Assembly (NCBI GenBank): GCA_016748015.1
Contig: JAAOMT010000639.1
Span: forward strand, 224,880-288,879
Source of the DNA: Geosiphon pyriformis uo1
Taxonomy: Eukaryota; Fungi; Glomeromycota
DNA: 64,000 nt
Direction: 5' to 3'
The notes beneath the pieces are model-generated. The model worked only from the letters and a program-made list of their open reading frames with translations. It was not told the origin of the DNA and searched no databases. Position numbers and translations under genes: made by a program. The number at the start of each line of letters is the position of its first letter. Position 1 is the first letter of the stretch. Positions 62,101-64,000 of the stretch are shown piece by piece.

Positions 62101-64000
62101 ATTTCTATCAATTTTTGTTTGTATGCTTATAAGCAAAAATAAAATGTTTATTTACAAAACTTTCTAATTTAAGAAAAATTGAAACAATTTGATAATTAGT
62201 ATTAAAATACTCAAACACATCAAAAACTCTACAATTTACTATTACTATTAAAAAATGCTAATTAATTAATATGAAATCAATAATTTTTTTAACACCTTTT
62301 GAATTATTCTAAGTCAAAAACTTAACTAAAAGACTTTTAAAAAAAGAAATATGTAAACTTATACCAATGTATTTTTTGAAATTAATACTCTATTTTATTT
62401 TATTTTTATTAAAATTACTCTTTAATACTACATAAGTGCTAAAATTAATTGCTTTTTTAACAAAAAATTTTATAACATTTGTCTAATTATATTTTTTACT
62501 CATTAAAATATTAACATAAAGTTCTAAATCACCACCAAAAATTATTATTAAATAACAGATAAAAGACAAAAGTTAGCCAAAAATCTTAGAAATTTTATAT
62601 ACATATTAAATAAGAGTATTATTTATAATTATTGTCATATTTAAACCTAAATAATTAGACTTTAAACCAGAAACATAGATTTTTATACTTAAAAACTTGT
62701 TTTAATTTAAAGCCTAATCTGTTTTTTTAACTTTGTCTTAAAAATAATAGAAATTAAATTGTTAGAATTCTTATGCTACTTAATAATATTAGTTTGTTTA
62801 GCCATATTGTTTATATTTTTGATATTATATGTTGTAAATTTTCAAATAAAATTTATTATTGAGATAAAAAACTACTAAAAAACTTAAGCCAGTACACAAA
62901 TAATCTAACTTTATTAAAACTAAGTTAATAGAAATCTTAAAAGCAATTATTTTTGATTTCAATTTACTCATCTTGGTTATTAAAACTTTAAAACTGTTTA
63001 AATCTAGATCTGAAACTTTAGATGCTATTAACAGAGAAAAAAAAGACAACTTTTGGGATTTATTTACAATTATATCCGAATTTAAACTTAAATTTATTAC
63101 CAATAAAAAAGCTAAAACAAAAAATTAAAAAATAGAAGCCAAGAGCATCAAGACCATATTATTTAGTTTGTACATAATACTAATTATTTAGTTAATTAGT
63201 AACTTCAATAAACATTTTAAAGAGATTAAATAAGCTTTAAAAGATAAAACATCTTGTAAAAAATATGGAATTTTATTATTACATAAAGCACTAAAAAAAA
63301 AGCCAAAACCAGAATCAGAACCAAAAAAAATATTAATAAAAACAAAAATTAATAAGACTATCTAAACCCAAAATCTGTTACCAAAAGCAGCAGAATGCAA
63401 AATAAAAACATTTTTCTTGATATATAATTTAACCAATTGAAAACAGTTTTTTTCTAATACAGATTTTTTATATATCTTTAAAAAAAAAAACTAATATATC
63501 TAAGATATTATACTCTAAAACAGAATATTTAAGACACTTATATTTTTTACATTAAATTAAATTCAATTTTATCCAAAAAAGCTTAATATTATTCAAAATT
63601 AGCTTAATATAAAAAACTAACTCTAATTTTTTTCTGATTAAAAGTCAATTACAATATAGCAAACTTTGTTGTTATTTTTAAATAATTAATTAATGATACA
63701 AGTTTTTTTGTCAATTTCTTTTAGTAAAATACTAAAATTATAAACTATTGTTTTTACAGACAAAGTAAACAAAAGTGTTTTAAAACAATTTCTAAACATC
63801 TAAATATCATAATTTTTTATAGTTTTAGCTATATATATTAAATTTTTTTTAATCAAGAATAACTATCTAGATAATAACAGATTAGTTTGATTTAATTTAG
63901 CAAATTTTATTACAGTTTTTTGTTACAGTCTAATTGGCTACAATTAGATTGATACTATTTGATTATATTTAATTACTGCAGTAATAATTATATTTTTAAC

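Larger units (their letters stand above)
51330..63850 (-). mobile_element. Ancient LINE split by the younger LINE at 52564-59318
   Basis: ORFs 62825 (ORF1 C-terminus), 60872 (RT) and 51877 (CCHC region) match the family; the RNase H reads through the junction once the insert is removed; outer boundaries approximate. Confidence 0.75.

Overview
Eukaryotic, very AT-rich, transposon-saturated fungal DNA. The TE and lipase families resemble those of Glomeromycotina (Geosiphon-like); this assignment is inference from family recall, not from a search. About 90% of the window is nested retroelements at different stages of C>T/G>A decay. (1) A Ty3/Gypsy lineage: one complete copy at 33232-43395 (paired LTRs, PBS, PPT, 4-bp TSD) plus partial, older or solo-LTR copies at 1-7924, 7925-12790 and 15545-23128. 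Its architecture is unusual: gag-PR-Cys-rich insert-dUTPase-RT-RNaseH, a stop, a separately initiated integrase, then a TATA-preceded, fast-evolving third ORF ending on the PPT. Its LTRs carry subfamily-specific palindromic U3 repeat arrays. (2) A LINE family (ORF1 CCHC; ORF2 APE-RT-RNaseH-CCHC; ATGA ORF overlap): a full-length copy at 52564-59318, a copy split by the Gypsy, several fragments, and an ORF1-only HAL1-like derivative (28168-30463) sharing the LINE 3' tail. (3) One apparently intact host gene: a 4-exon, secreted class-3-lipase-like protein lacking the catalytic serine (25135-26344). The best candidate for an undescribed system is the three-ORF Gypsy with a putative accessory regulator paired with variable U3 arrays. 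No RNA genes or CRISPR arrays were seen.
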